Positions 21,652 to 30,705 of a stretch of DNA of 64,000 nt are shown piece after piece. The first letter of the stretch is position 1, and every line of letters begins with the position of its first letter. The notes under the pieces were generated by a model, which was not told where the DNA came from, ran no database searches, and saw nothing but the letters and a program-made list of their open reading frames with translations. A program made the translations under genes and the position numbers. The DNA lies in the NCBI GenBank assembly GCA_903831095.1, contig CAIKWD010000021.1:1518-65517 (forward strand), read 5' to 3'. The stretch comes from Candidatus Staskawiczbacteria bacterium (GTDB lineage Bacteria; Patescibacteriota; Minisyncoccia; Minisyncoccales; Staskawiczbacteraceae).

Positions 21652-22560
21652 ATGCAATTTAATTTTACAAAGTATTCAAAAGTATATTATATAATCTCGG
21701 GAATTCTGATAATTGCCTCGATTGTTTCTTTGTCCATGTTTGGATTGAAGTTTGGAATTGAGTTTGTTGGAGGAAGTAGTATGCAAATTGATTTTACAAA
21801 TGCCAGACCATCTAACGAGGCAGTTAAGACGGCTTTAAAGACATTTAATTTGGGAGACATTGTAATACAACCAACAGGATCAAATGGAGAAATTTTACAA
21901 TTTAAGGGAGTTGACGAAGCAATGCATCAGCAAATTTTAGCTGAACTGGTAAAGTTGTCTCCAGCTACTGAAAAGAGCTTTCAATATATTGGGCCTTCAA
22001 TTGGAAACGAATTGAGAAATAAGACAGAATTGGCTATTTTCTTGGCATTGTTGGCAATTACTTTATATATTGCCTTTGCTTTCAGAAAAGTTTCAAAGCC
22101 AGTTAATTCATGGAAATACGGAATTGCTTCATTAATAGCATTATTTCACGACGTAATAATTCCGATTGGTGTGTTTTCAATATTAGGACATCTTTTCAAT
22201 GTTGAAGTTACAATACCAATTATTGCAGCTTTGCTAACAATTCTTGGTTTTTCAGTTCACGACACAATTGTTATTTTTGACAGAATCAGAGAAAACATTT
22301 TGAGAAGGGGAATGGGTCAGTTTGAAGATACAGTAAATTGGTCTTTAACTCAGACTTTAGGAAGGTCAATTAGCACTGTTGCAACAGTGGAATTTGTCTT
22401 GTTTGCTCTTTATTTCTTTGGTGGAGAGACTTTGAAATATTTTGCTTTGACCTTGATTATTGGTATTACATCGGGAGCATATTCTTCAATATTTATTGCC
22501 AGCCCATTGCTGGTTTCGTGGTATAAACATAGCCTTAAAAAGGAGCTAAAAGGCAAGTAA
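21652..22560 (+). CDS. secF: Protein translocase subunit SecF
   Basis: GIEFVGG, GPSIG.EL, HDTIVIFDRIRE, GAYSSIFIASP; ATG 21652. Confidence 0.97.
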   Translation: MQFNFTKYSKVYYIISGILIIASIVSLSMFGLKFGIEFVGGSSMQIDFTNARPSNEAVKTALKTFNLGDIVIQPTGSNGEILQFKGVDEAMHQQILAELVKLSPATEKSFQYIGPSIGNELRNKTELAIFLALLAITLYIAFAFRKVSKPVNSWKYGIASLIALFHDVIIPIGVFSILGHLFNVEVTIPIIAALLTILGFSVHDTIVIFDRIRENILRRGMGQFEDTVNWSLTQTLGRSISTVATVEFVLFALYFFGGETLKYFALTLIIGITSGAYSSIFIASPLLVSWYKHSLKKELKGK

Positions 22561-22583
22561 AACACTGTACAAGCAACTTACCC

Positions 22584-22612
22584 TTGACATATAAAAATTA
22601 ATATGGTAAGCT
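22584..22612 (+). promoter_or_regulatory. Sigma70 promoter
   Basis: TTGACA-17-TAAGCT with TG upstream of -10. Confidence 0.7.
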
Positions 22613-22655
22613 TAATTAATACGGTGGGTGACCACCTAGTTTATATTCAAATAAG

Positions 22656-23684
22656 ATGAAAAAAGTTAATTATTCGCAAATTTATCAGAAGTTCACCAAA
22701 GGCCTTAGTCCAAAAACTAAGGACATTTTTGATAGGAGATTTGGAGTTAAAACTGGAGAGCCAGAAACTTTAGAATCAATTGGAAAAACTTTGGGAATAA
22801 CCAGGGAAAGAGTGCGCCAGATTGAAGAGGCGGGTTTTAGCTTTGTTAGAAAAAACAACCAGGCAGCTTTGGATGCTATTTATGCAGACTTTGCAGAATA
22901 CTTTAAAAAGCAGGGAGGATTTAAAAAAGAGGAAAATGTTTTGGAAGAATTAGGAGGCAAGAATCAAAGACCTTTTGTTTTGTTTTTGCTGACTATTGGA
23001 GAACAATTTTCAAAGGTTTGTGAGAAAAAAGATTATCATTATTTTTGGGCAAATATACCAAGTGCACAGGACAAAGTAAAAGAAACTTTGGGAGCATTGG
23101 TTGCGCAAATGCAGAAAATTGGAAAACCAATTCCAAAGAAAGAATTTTATGCACAAGTTGCTTCAAAGATGAATATTTCAGAACCTGCAACATTGTCATA
23201 TTTGGAAATTTCAAAAAACATACAGCCAAACAAGGAAGGAGCTTTAGGATTAATTCAGTGGCCTGAGATAAAGCCAAGAGGAGTCAAAGACAAGGCATTT
23301 TTGGTATTTAAAAAGCACGGAAAACCATTGCATTTTACAGAAGTTGCAAAATTGATAGATAGATTTGACTACAACATGCCAAACAAGAAAACCTATCCTC
23401 AAACAGTTCATAATGAACTTATAAAAGATGGAAGATTTGTATTGGTAGGAAGGGGAACTTACGCTTTGGCAGAATGGGGATATGTTCCAGGAACAATTAA
23501 AGATATAATTACAAATGTGTTGAAGGGGCAAAACGATCCAATGCATAAAGACGAAGTTGTAAAACAGGTTTTAGCTCAGAGATTGGTTGCAAAGAATACA
23601 GTCTTAATGAACTTGAATAATAAGAAACATTTTGATAAGGATTTAAGTGACAAATATTTCTTGAGAAAGACACAATCAGCATAA
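22656..23684 (+). CDS. Sigma70 region-4-like HTH plus winged-helix (HARE-HTH/RNAP delta-like) protein
   Basis: RRFG..TLESIG..LGITRERVRQIE; PLHFTEV..TVHNELIKD.RFVLVGRGTYAL. Confidence 0.75.
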   Translation: MKKVNYSQIYQKFTKGLSPKTKDIFDRRFGVKTGEPETLESIGKTLGITRERVRQIEEAGFSFVRKNNQAALDAIYADFAEYFKKQGGFKKEENVLEELGGKNQRPFVLFLLTIGEQFSKVCEKKDYHYFWANIPSAQDKVKETLGALVAQMQKIGKPIPKKEFYAQVASKMNISEPATLSYLEISKNIQPNKEGALGLIQWPEIKPRGVKDKAFLVFKKHGKPLHFTEVAKLIDRFDYNMPNKKTYPQTVHNELIKDGRFVLVGRGTYALAEWGYVPGTIKDIITNVLKGQNDPMHKDEVVKQVLAQRLVAKNTVLMNLNNKKHFDKDLSDKYFLRKTQSA

Positions 23685-23690
23685 TTTTAG

Positions 23691-23715
23691 AAAAAGCGCC
23701 GAAAGGCGCTTTTTT
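23691..23715 (+). terminator. Intrinsic terminator
   Basis: AAAAAGCGCC-GAAA-GGCGCTTTTTT. Confidence 0.85.
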
Positions 23716-23732
23716 GTTGTGTAAAAAATAAT

Positions 23733-23758
23733 AAAAAAGCGGTTAGATAACTAACCGC
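23733..23758 (-). terminator. Intrinsic terminator of pyrC
   Basis: Minus strand GCGGTTAG-TTAT-CTAACCGC-T6. Confidence 0.8.
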
Positions 23759-23780
23759 AAATAATTGAATAAGAATATAT

Positions 23781-24812
23781 TTATTCTTCGACTTGCCAGT
23801 GCAAAGTCTGGCCAGCCATAAACGGAATAATTTTACTTTCTCCGCAAGGGTAGCTATTTGGAACAGTCCAATCTTTTTTGACAAGATTGATTATTCCAGA
23901 ATTTTGGCTTAACCCATAAAATTCAGCTCCAAATTTTGAAGTAAAATTTTCAAGCCGGTCAAGTTTTCCAGCTTCTTCAAAAATTTGAGCAAGTAATTGC
24001 AGGGCAATTGGGGCGTTGAATACGCCAGCGCATCCTTCTGAACATTCTTTATTTTCCTCGAGATGGGGAGCGCTGTCTCCTCCATAGAAAAATCTAAAAT
24101 GTCCACTTGTAGCTGCTTCAATTAAAGCAGCTCTATCTGTTGGCCGTTTTGCAATTGGCATACAGAAGTTATGGGGATGGAGTTTTCCGTCGCTGACGTC
24201 GTTAAGCGTAAGTATTAGATGATGCACTGTTATTGTGGCAGCAACATTACTGCCCAAGCGTCTAATGCACTCAACTGCTGCACTTGTAGTTATGTGTTCT
24301 AATACTATTTTGAGGTTGCAAAGCCTTTTGTTTAAATCAATCAGCTCCTTTAAAAATATTTCTTCCCTGTCTAGGCAGAAAACATTTTCTCCGGGCATTT
24401 CCCCATGCAAAAGCAAAAGTATATCTTGTTCTTGCATTGCTTCGAAAACTGGGTAAAGAGATTTTAAATCTATTACTCCATTTTCTGAATTAGTTGTGAC
24501 GCCTTTTGGATAGACTTTACCTGCAACAACTCCGGCTTTTTTTGCTTCGGCAATCATAGCTGGCGTAGTTTTATCATTGATTTGAATGGTCATCAATGGT
24601 TCAAAATTATCATGGCAGGCAATTTTTATAGCATTTCTGTAGGCAGATGCTATATCTGCTGTTAGTACAGCTTTGGGGGTTGTGTTTGGCATTATTATGG
24701 CCCGCCCCCAATATTTGGAGGTAAAGTCAACAACTGATTTTAAAACTACTCCTGTGCGTAGGTGGCAGTGCATGTCATCTCCCTTTATCATTTCAAACGC
24801 CTTTACCTTCAT
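23781..24812 (-). CDS. pyrC: Dihydroorotase, E. coli-type (class II)
   Basis: DMHCHLR, MPN, KVYP..TTNS, LHGE, LEHIT, DSAPH, CAG; AAGGAG SD. Confidence 0.93.
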   Translation of the reverse strand: MKVKAFEMIKGDDMHCHLRTGVVLKSVVDFTSKYWGRAIIMPNTTPKAVLTADIASAYRNAIKIACHDNFEPLMTIQINDKTTPAMIAEAKKAGVVAGKVYPKGVTTNSENGVIDLKSLYPVFEAMQEQDILLLLHGEMPGENVFCLDREEIFLKELIDLNKRLCNLKIVLEHITTSAAVECIRRLGSNVAATITVHHLILTLNDVSDGKLHPHNFCMPIAKRPTDRAALIEAATSGHFRFFYGGDSAPHLEENKECSEGCAGVFNAPIALQLLAQIFEEAGKLDRLENFTSKFGAEFYGLSQNSGIINLVKKDWTVPNSYPCGESKIIPFMAGQTLHWQVEE

Positions 24813-24959
24813 TTTCCGTCTCCTTTTCTAATTATGGTTTTTTATCAAATCAAGGTTCTAGATATTTGTTATCATAATTAGCGCAATTAGTAAATGATTC
24901 ACTTATTGATTATGTATTTTGGTAGATGTATAATATATTAATAATTAGGCAAAATAATA

Positions 24960-25184
24960 ATGGATATTTTTACAACTGGAATAATAGTTTTGCTTGCTTC
25001 GACAATAGTTGTATATATTGTTCTTTTTTCGTTTATATATTATTGGCATTTAACTAAAATAACATTCGTAGTTGTTCCGGTATTTTTTACTTTTGAATTT
25101 TTTTTATTAGGATTTTTTACAGTTGCTGTAATTTCTATTATTCTTAATTATCTGCCTATTTTAGTCAGATCTGCAGGCATATGA
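24960..25184 (+). CDS. Small 2-TM membrane protein
   Basis: Two hydrophobic helices; ATGA overlap with next gene. Confidence 0.65.
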   Translation: MDIFTTGIIVLLASTIVVYIVLFSFIYYWHLTKITFVVVPVFFTFEFFLLGFFTVAVISIILNYLPILVRSAGI

Positions 25185-26578
25185 TGAAACTTCCAAAATA
25201 TTTGTTTTGGTTGGAAACAGTCAAAAAAATTGTCTGGGATCCTTTTTGGTGGGTGATTTTCTTTTTAATTATTTTATGGATTCCATTTTTAAGAGTTTGG
25301 TGGTGGATATTTTTGCCATGGATGTTGCAGGCTCAATTAAAAACAATTTATAAGTGGTATATTAACTGGGATTTTGATTATGCCAAGGGAAAGTGGGTGG
25401 TGCTTGAAATAACTCCTCCACGTGAGCTTTTGGTTCCTATAAAGGCTATGGAAGACGTTTATTCAGTTTTATGGCCAATCATGGATGTGGCTAACTTTAG
25501 GGAACAGTGGTGTGACGGAGAACTAAACAACGGGCCCTATTGGTTTTCCTGGGAAATAGCCAGTATTGAAGGCAAGGTACATTTTTATATAAGATTTATG
25601 CAACAGCACGTGTCCAGCGCTGAAATGGCTCTTTATGCGCATTATCCAGATATTGAAATTAGGGAAGTTACAGATTATGTAAAATTGGTTCCGCAAACTA
25701 TTCCAAATGAAGATTGGGACATGTATGGAGAAGATTGGGATTATTATAATGACGATTGCTTCCCAATCAAAACATATGAGAAATTCTTTGAGCCTCAGGG
25801 AGAAAGAATTTCTGCCGAAGAAAAAAGAATTGACCCAATGATTGGATTGCTTGAAGGTTTGTCAAGACTTGGGCCCGGAGAACATTATTGGGTGCAGTTT
25901 ATTACTGATCCAATAGTGGAGTATGATGAACCAAATGTTTTTAAAGAGGCAAAAAAAGTAATCAATAAAATAGCAGGGCGTGTAGAAAAGAAAGAGCCGA
26001 CATTAATGGAAGATTTAAAAAAAGTGGCCAAAGAGCTTGCCATGGGTCCGGAAAAAGAAGGGTCTGGAGATTCGGCATCATTTTATTGGGAGGAAGACGA
26101 GGAGACGGGTGAGAAACAAATATCACTTACTCCGGGCGAAAGAGAAATTATTACGGAAGTGGAAAATAAAATGAAAAAGCCTTTGTACAGGACTACAATA
26201 AGGGCTGTTTATGTTGCTAAAAGAGATGCATGGAAAGCGCCTCATAGAACTTTGTTCAGGTCTTATACATCGCATTTTATTACTAATAATTTAAATTCTC
26301 TTAATTTTAAGGCTGAGACTAGGCCGAGGATCCACTTTTTTTGGAGAAAGAGAAGAGTATTTTTAAGAGCCAGGAAAATGTTTAGGAATGCTGTTATGCG
26401 TTTTCCTCCTTTGTTTCCAGAAAGAATGGCAGAAGATTTGCAACCAATAATGAGCACAGAAGAATTGGCAACATTGTATCACTTCCCAATAAGGGTTTCT
26501 GGAATGGTATCTCCAACCATGGGAAGCGTGGAATCAAAGAAAGCCGGACCGCCTGCCAATTTGCCGATTGGCGAGTAA
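25181..26578 (+). CDS. Membrane-anchored partner of the VirD4-like ATPase (hypothetical)
   Basis: N-terminal TMs; LEITPP, FSWEIAS, YPDIEI, PIKTY, EELATLYHFP; directly upstream of the ATPase. Confidence 0.65.
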   Translation: MMKLPKYLFWLETVKKIVWDPFWWVIFFLIILWIPFLRVWWWIFLPWMLQAQLKTIYKWYINWDFDYAKGKWVVLEITPPRELLVPIKAMEDVYSVLWPIMDVANFREQWCDGELNNGPYWFSWEIASIEGKVHFYIRFMQQHVSSAEMALYAHYPDIEIREVTDYVKLVPQTIPNEDWDMYGEDWDYYNDDCFPIKTYEKFFEPQGERISAEEKRIDPMIGLLEGLSRLGPGEHYWVQFITDPIVEYDEPNVFKEAKKVINKIAGRVEKKEPTLMEDLKKVAKELAMGPEKEGSGDSASFYWEEDEETGEKQISLTPGEREIITEVENKMKKPLYRTTIRAVYVAKRDAWKAPHRTLFRSYTSHFITNNLNSLNFKAETRPRIHFFWRKRRVFLRARKMFRNAVMRFPPLFPERMAEDLQPIMSTEELATLYHFPIRVSGMVSPTMGSVESKKAGPPANLPIGE

Positions 26579-26604
26579 TGATTTTAATATAATTATATTT
26601 ACCT

Positions 26605-28908
26605 ATGCCAAAAGACATAACTTATATTGCTAAGACAAATTTTAGAAATGCCAAACAAGTATTTGGGATAAAAAGAGTTGACCGACGTCAGCACATGTAT
26701 GTGATTGGAAAAACCGGTGTTGGTAAAACTGCTTTTTTAAAGAACATGGCTTTGCAGGACATCAATAACGGGCAAGGACTTGCCATTATTGACCCTCACG
26801 GAGAGTTTGTAGAAGAAGTTTTAGACAATGTCCCGCCTCATAGAGTAAATGATGTTGTTTATTTCAATCCTGCAGATATGGAGTTTCCTGTCAGCTTTAA
26901 TATTATGGATGTGCAGGATCCAAAATACAAGCACTTAATTGCTTCGGGATTAATTGGTATTTTTACAAAAATTTGGGCAAATGTATGGTCTGCTAGAATG
27001 GAATATATTTTGGCTAATTGTATTTTAGCTTTGCTTGATACTCCTGGCACCACGCTTTTGGGTATACCAAGAATGTTGGTTGACAGAGATTACAGACAAA
27101 AAATTATCAACAACCTCAAAGACCCGGTTGTTAAATCTTTTTGGGTCAATGAATACGAAGAATGGGAATCCAGGTACAGAAATGAAGCTATAGCTCCGGT
27201 TCAAAATAAGGTTGGACAGTTTTTGAATGTTTCGTTTGTAAGAAATATTGTTGGTCAGGGAAAAAATACCATTGATATTGACGACATAATGAATAACCAG
27301 AAAATTTTACTGGTTAACGTTTCTAAGGGAAGAATTGGAGAAGATAACGCAGCTATTTTGGGAGCCATGATTATTACTAAAATACAGTTGGCTGCCATGG
27401 AACGTGTTAGAATTCCTGAAGACGAAAGAAAAGACTTTTACATGTATGTTGACGAGTTCCAAAACTTTGCCACTGATTCTTTTGTAAATATTTTGTCTGA
27501 AGCTAGGAAATACAGATTGGATTTGATTATTGCTCACCAGTATATTGGGCAGTTAGTGACTGACACAAGCACCGCTGTAAGAGATGCGGTTTTTGGAAAC
27601 GTGGGAACAATGATTTCTTTCCGCGTGGGCGCTGCTGATGCAGAATTTTTAGAGCAAGAATTTACTCCTGAATTTTTGCAAACTGATATTATTCGTTTGG
27701 ACAACTACAATATTTATTTAAAACTCATGATAGATGGAATTACTTCAAGGCCATTTTCTGCTACAACTATTGCTCCTGCTCCTACTATTAAGGATGACAA
27801 AAAACGACAGGAAATAATTAGAGTGTCTAGGGAAAGATATGCTCATACTGTAAAGTTTGTTGAAGATGAGATTAATCGCTGGGCCGGAAGCATTGATGTG
27901 CCTTCTAATAATGTTCAAAGTCCTTCTGATCTTTCCAACCCACAAAGCTTTTCCAAACCTTTGTACCAGCCAAGCAATAATAAATCTTCTGATTCAACAA
28001 AATTGTATGACGTTAAATGTTCAAATTGCGGGAAAGATACCAAAGTTATTTTTGAACCAATTGCGGGCAGACCTGTTTACTGCAAAAATTGCTTAAAAAA
28101 ACTAAAAGCAGGAGAAATTTCTCCTATTGCTTCAACTGCTGTAGCGCCATCTAGCAGGCCACAAGCACAAGTAAAATGGACAAATGGTGCTCCTGCACAG
28201 GCAGGTGCACCTGCACCAGCAGGACGGTCTGTAAATAATTCAGCGGGCAATTCAGCGTTGGGTGATTTGGGTATAGAATTTGGTCCTTCTCCAAGTTCTG
28301 CCAAACCAACTGGAAAAATAGGAAAGTTTGCTAAAATTTTTCAAAGCAAGCCTCAGATAAAACAACAAGAAGAACAAGATATTTTACCAGAGGCAGAACC
28401 AGCGAAGATAGAAAATATTTCTTTTCACAATCCAAAAAATAGACCTCAGGAGCAAAGGCAGGAAAAGCCAAAGAGAAAAGAAATTAATTTGGCAGACTTG
28501 CGTAAAACATTAGAAGCATCCCTCGGCCATAGCCCCTTAGGGCGTAGCCCAACGGGCGAGCCTACGGGCGAGGCACTTTTAAAAAAAGAAGAGCCAGAAG
28601 AAGATGAAGGCATAGAAGAAGTAGTTAACAAGCCAACAGAGCAAGTTCATAAGCCCGAAGAATATCCTGCTGTAATTGAAAAAATATCTGTTCCTGCTAC
28701 TATTCCTGTAGAACCGCCTGTTGTTGTTAAATCTCCAGAACAAGAACTAAGAGAAAGAATAGAACAGGAAAGAGAAGAAGATAAATTTGATATGGAAGGC
28801 AAACCAGTTTTACCTCAGAAAAATGAACCCGCCTCCGTCAAAAACTCCGGCGTGGCTAAGGAAGATATAAAAAAACCAATAAAGCCTGGGGAAACAGTTA
28901 AATTCTAA
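26605..28908 (+). CDS. VirD4/TrwB/HerA-like P-loop ATPase with CxxC-x17-CxxC finger and low-complexity tail
   Basis: HMYVIGKTGVGKT (Walker A), IIDPHGE, YVDEFQNF (Walker B), SEARKY, AHQY; CSNC-x17-CKNC. Confidence 0.88.
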   Translation: MPKDITYIAKTNFRNAKQVFGIKRVDRRQHMYVIGKTGVGKTAFLKNMALQDINNGQGLAIIDPHGEFVEEVLDNVPPHRVNDVVYFNPADMEFPVSFNIMDVQDPKYKHLIASGLIGIFTKIWANVWSARMEYILANCILALLDTPGTTLLGIPRMLVDRDYRQKIINNLKDPVVKSFWVNEYEEWESRYRNEAIAPVQNKVGQFLNVSFVRNIVGQGKNTIDIDDIMNNQKILLVNVSKGRIGEDNAAILGAMIITKIQLAAMERVRIPEDERKDFYMYVDEFQNFATDSFVNILSEARKYRLDLIIAHQYIGQLVTDTSTAVRDAVFGNVGTMISFRVGAADAEFLEQEFTPEFLQTDIIRLDNYNIYLKLMIDGITSRPFSATTIAPAPTIKDDKKRQEIIRVSRERYAHTVKFVEDEINRWAGSIDVPSNNVQSPSDLSNPQSFSKPLYQPSNNKSSDSTKLYDVKCSNCGKDTKVIFEPIAGRPVYCKNCLKKLKAGEISPIASTAVAPSSRPQAQVKWTNGAPAQAGAPAPAGRSVNNSAGNSALGDLGIEFGPSPSSAKPTGKIGKFAKIFQSKPQIKQQEEQDILPEAEPAKIENISFHNPKNRPQEQRQEKPKRKEINLADLRKTLEASLGHSPLGRSPTGEPTGEALLKKEEPEEDEGIEEVVNKPTEQVHKPEEYPAVIEKISVPATIPVEPPVVVKSPEQELRERIEQEREEDKFDMEGKPVLPQKNEPASVKNSGVAKEDIKKPIKPGETVKF
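28520..28574. repeat. GC-rich, apparently nested miniature repeats inserted in frame in the ATPase tail
   Basis: CCCTCGGCCATAGCC[CCTTAGGGCGTAGCCCAACGGGCGAG]CCTACGGGCGAGGC encoding SLGHSPLGRSPTGEPTGEA. Confidence 0.55.
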
Positions 28909-28925
28909 TTTATAATAAGTATTTT

Positions 28926-28964
28926 AAAGGCCACCTTTTAAAAGAGGTGGCTTTTTGATAGTAT
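28926..28964 (+). terminator. Terminator-like hairpin overlapping a putative promoter of array 1
   Basis: GCCACCT-TTTAAAAG-AGGTGGC-TTTTT; TTTTAA(28936)-17-TAGTAT(28959). Confidence 0.65.
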
Positions 28965-28985
28965 TAAATAATAAATAATTTTTAT

Positions 28986-30695
28986 ATGAATTCAGAAACT
29001 AAAAGTTGTCAAAACTGTAAAAAGGACTTTGTAATAGAGCCCGAGGATTTTGATTTCTATGAAAAGATAAAGGTTCCTGCGCCAACATTTTGCCCCGAGT
29101 GCAGAATTGTAAGGCGTATGACTTGGAGAAATGAGCGTACTCTTTATCATAGAAAGTGCGACGCCACAGGAAAGGATGTAATTACAATGTTTGCTCCTGA
29201 ACAGCCTCTTTTGGTTTATGAAAGAGATTATTGGTGGAGCGACAAATGGGATCAGCTTGAAAGCGGGCGAGATTATGATTTTTCAAAACCATTTTTTCAG
29301 CAGTTTAAGGAACTGTTTGAAAAAGCTCCTCTTCCCAATCTTGCCAATTCCAATATAGTAAACTCTGAATATGGAAACCACAACGCTGATATGAGAAATT
29401 GTTATCTTGTATATGCATCTTTTGGCGGAGAAGATTTGTCATATTGTTATGGTGCTCTAGATTCTAAAAATTCTTTTGATTTGTACTTTCCTCTTAATTT
29501 TACTCAATGTTACGAAGATGTTTTGGGGGCTAATATGAATCGTGTATTTTTTTCATATGACAGTGATGAAAGTGTAAACTGTGCATTTTTGCATGCTTGC
29601 AAAAATATGATAGATTCTTTGGGTTGCATTAATATGCGCAACAAATCTAACTGTATTTTTAACAAGCAATATACAAAAGAAGAGTATAAAAAGGAATGTG
29701 CCAAGTATGATTTTGGCAGTTATAAGGCGCTTTGCGAATTTAAGAAACAGTTTGCTGAATTTATAAAATTACATCCAAGGCGTTATGGATTTGTTCAGAA
29801 ATCTGTGAATTCTATTGGAGACAATATTTTAAATTGTAAAAACGTGCATATGGGGTTTGATGTATTTGGTGAAGTACAAGACAGTAAATACGTAATTCAT
29901 GGTTTTAAAGCCAGTGATATTTATGACGCATATGGTTTTGGAAGTAATGCAGATAATTCTTATGAAGTTGTTGATACTGGGGTTGACGCCACTAGTAATC
30001 TTTTTTCTGTTTTTACTCATTCATGTCAGAATACAAATTACACTTATGCCTGCAAAAATTCTAAAGGTCTTTTTGGGTGTGTTGGACTTCGCAGTAAGCA
30101 ATATTGTATTTTAAATAAGCAATATACAAAAGGAGAATATGAAGAATTAGTACCTAAAATTATTGCTCATATGGTAGATATGCCATATGTAGATAAAAAG
30201 GGCAGAGTTTATAAATATGGTGAATTTTTTCCTGCAGAAATTTCTCCCTTTGCTTACAACGAAACTATAGCCCAAGAATATTATACAAAAACAAAGTCAG
30301 AAATTTTAGAGCATGGATACAGGTGGAAGGAACCTGATATAAAGCAGTATAAAATTACAGTTCAGTCTGCAGATTTGCCAGACCATATAAGAGACGTTTC
30401 TGATGACATTTTAAACCAAGTTATTGGGTGTGAGCATGAGGGCAAATGTAATGAACAATGCATGGGTGCTTTTAAAATTATCCCTTCAGAACTGCAATTT
30501 TACAGGGCAATGAATTTGCCTTTGCCAAGATTATGTTCTAATTGTAGGCACTACAACAGGTTACATCAGCGCACTCCTTTCAAACTGTGGGACCGCACCT
30601 GCGCAAAGTGTGGTAACTCAATTAAAACTTCTTACGCCCCAGAGCGCCCGGAAATAATATATTGCGAAACCTGCTATAATAACGAAGTTGCATAA
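28986..30695 (+). CDS. Cys-rich multi-zinc-ribbon protein, paralog 1 of 11
   Basis: N-term CQNC..FY...P..CPECR; two GC..(L/M)R.K..CI.NKQYTK.EY units; C-term CAKC-x17-CETC. Confidence 0.9.
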   Translation: MNSETKSCQNCKKDFVIEPEDFDFYEKIKVPAPTFCPECRIVRRMTWRNERTLYHRKCDATGKDVITMFAPEQPLLVYERDYWWSDKWDQLESGRDYDFSKPFFQQFKELFEKAPLPNLANSNIVNSEYGNHNADMRNCYLVYASFGGEDLSYCYGALDSKNSFDLYFPLNFTQCYEDVLGANMNRVFFSYDSDESVNCAFLHACKNMIDSLGCINMRNKSNCIFNKQYTKEEYKKECAKYDFGSYKALCEFKKQFAEFIKLHPRRYGFVQKSVNSIGDNILNCKNVHMGFDVFGEVQDSKYVIHGFKASDIYDAYGFGSNADNSYEVVDTGVDATSNLFSVFTHSCQNTNYTYACKNSKGLFGCVGLRSKQYCILNKQYTKGEYEELVPKIIAHMVDMPYVDKKGRVYKYGEFFPAEISPFAYNETIAQEYYTKTKSEILEHGYRWKEPDIKQYKITVQSADLPDHIRDVSDDILNQVIGCEHEGKCNEQCMGAFKIIPSELQFYRAMNLPLPRLCSNCRHYNRLHQRTPFKLWDRTCAKCGNSIKTSYAPERPEIIYCETCYNNEVA

Positions 30696-30705
30696 ATAAT
30701 AAATT

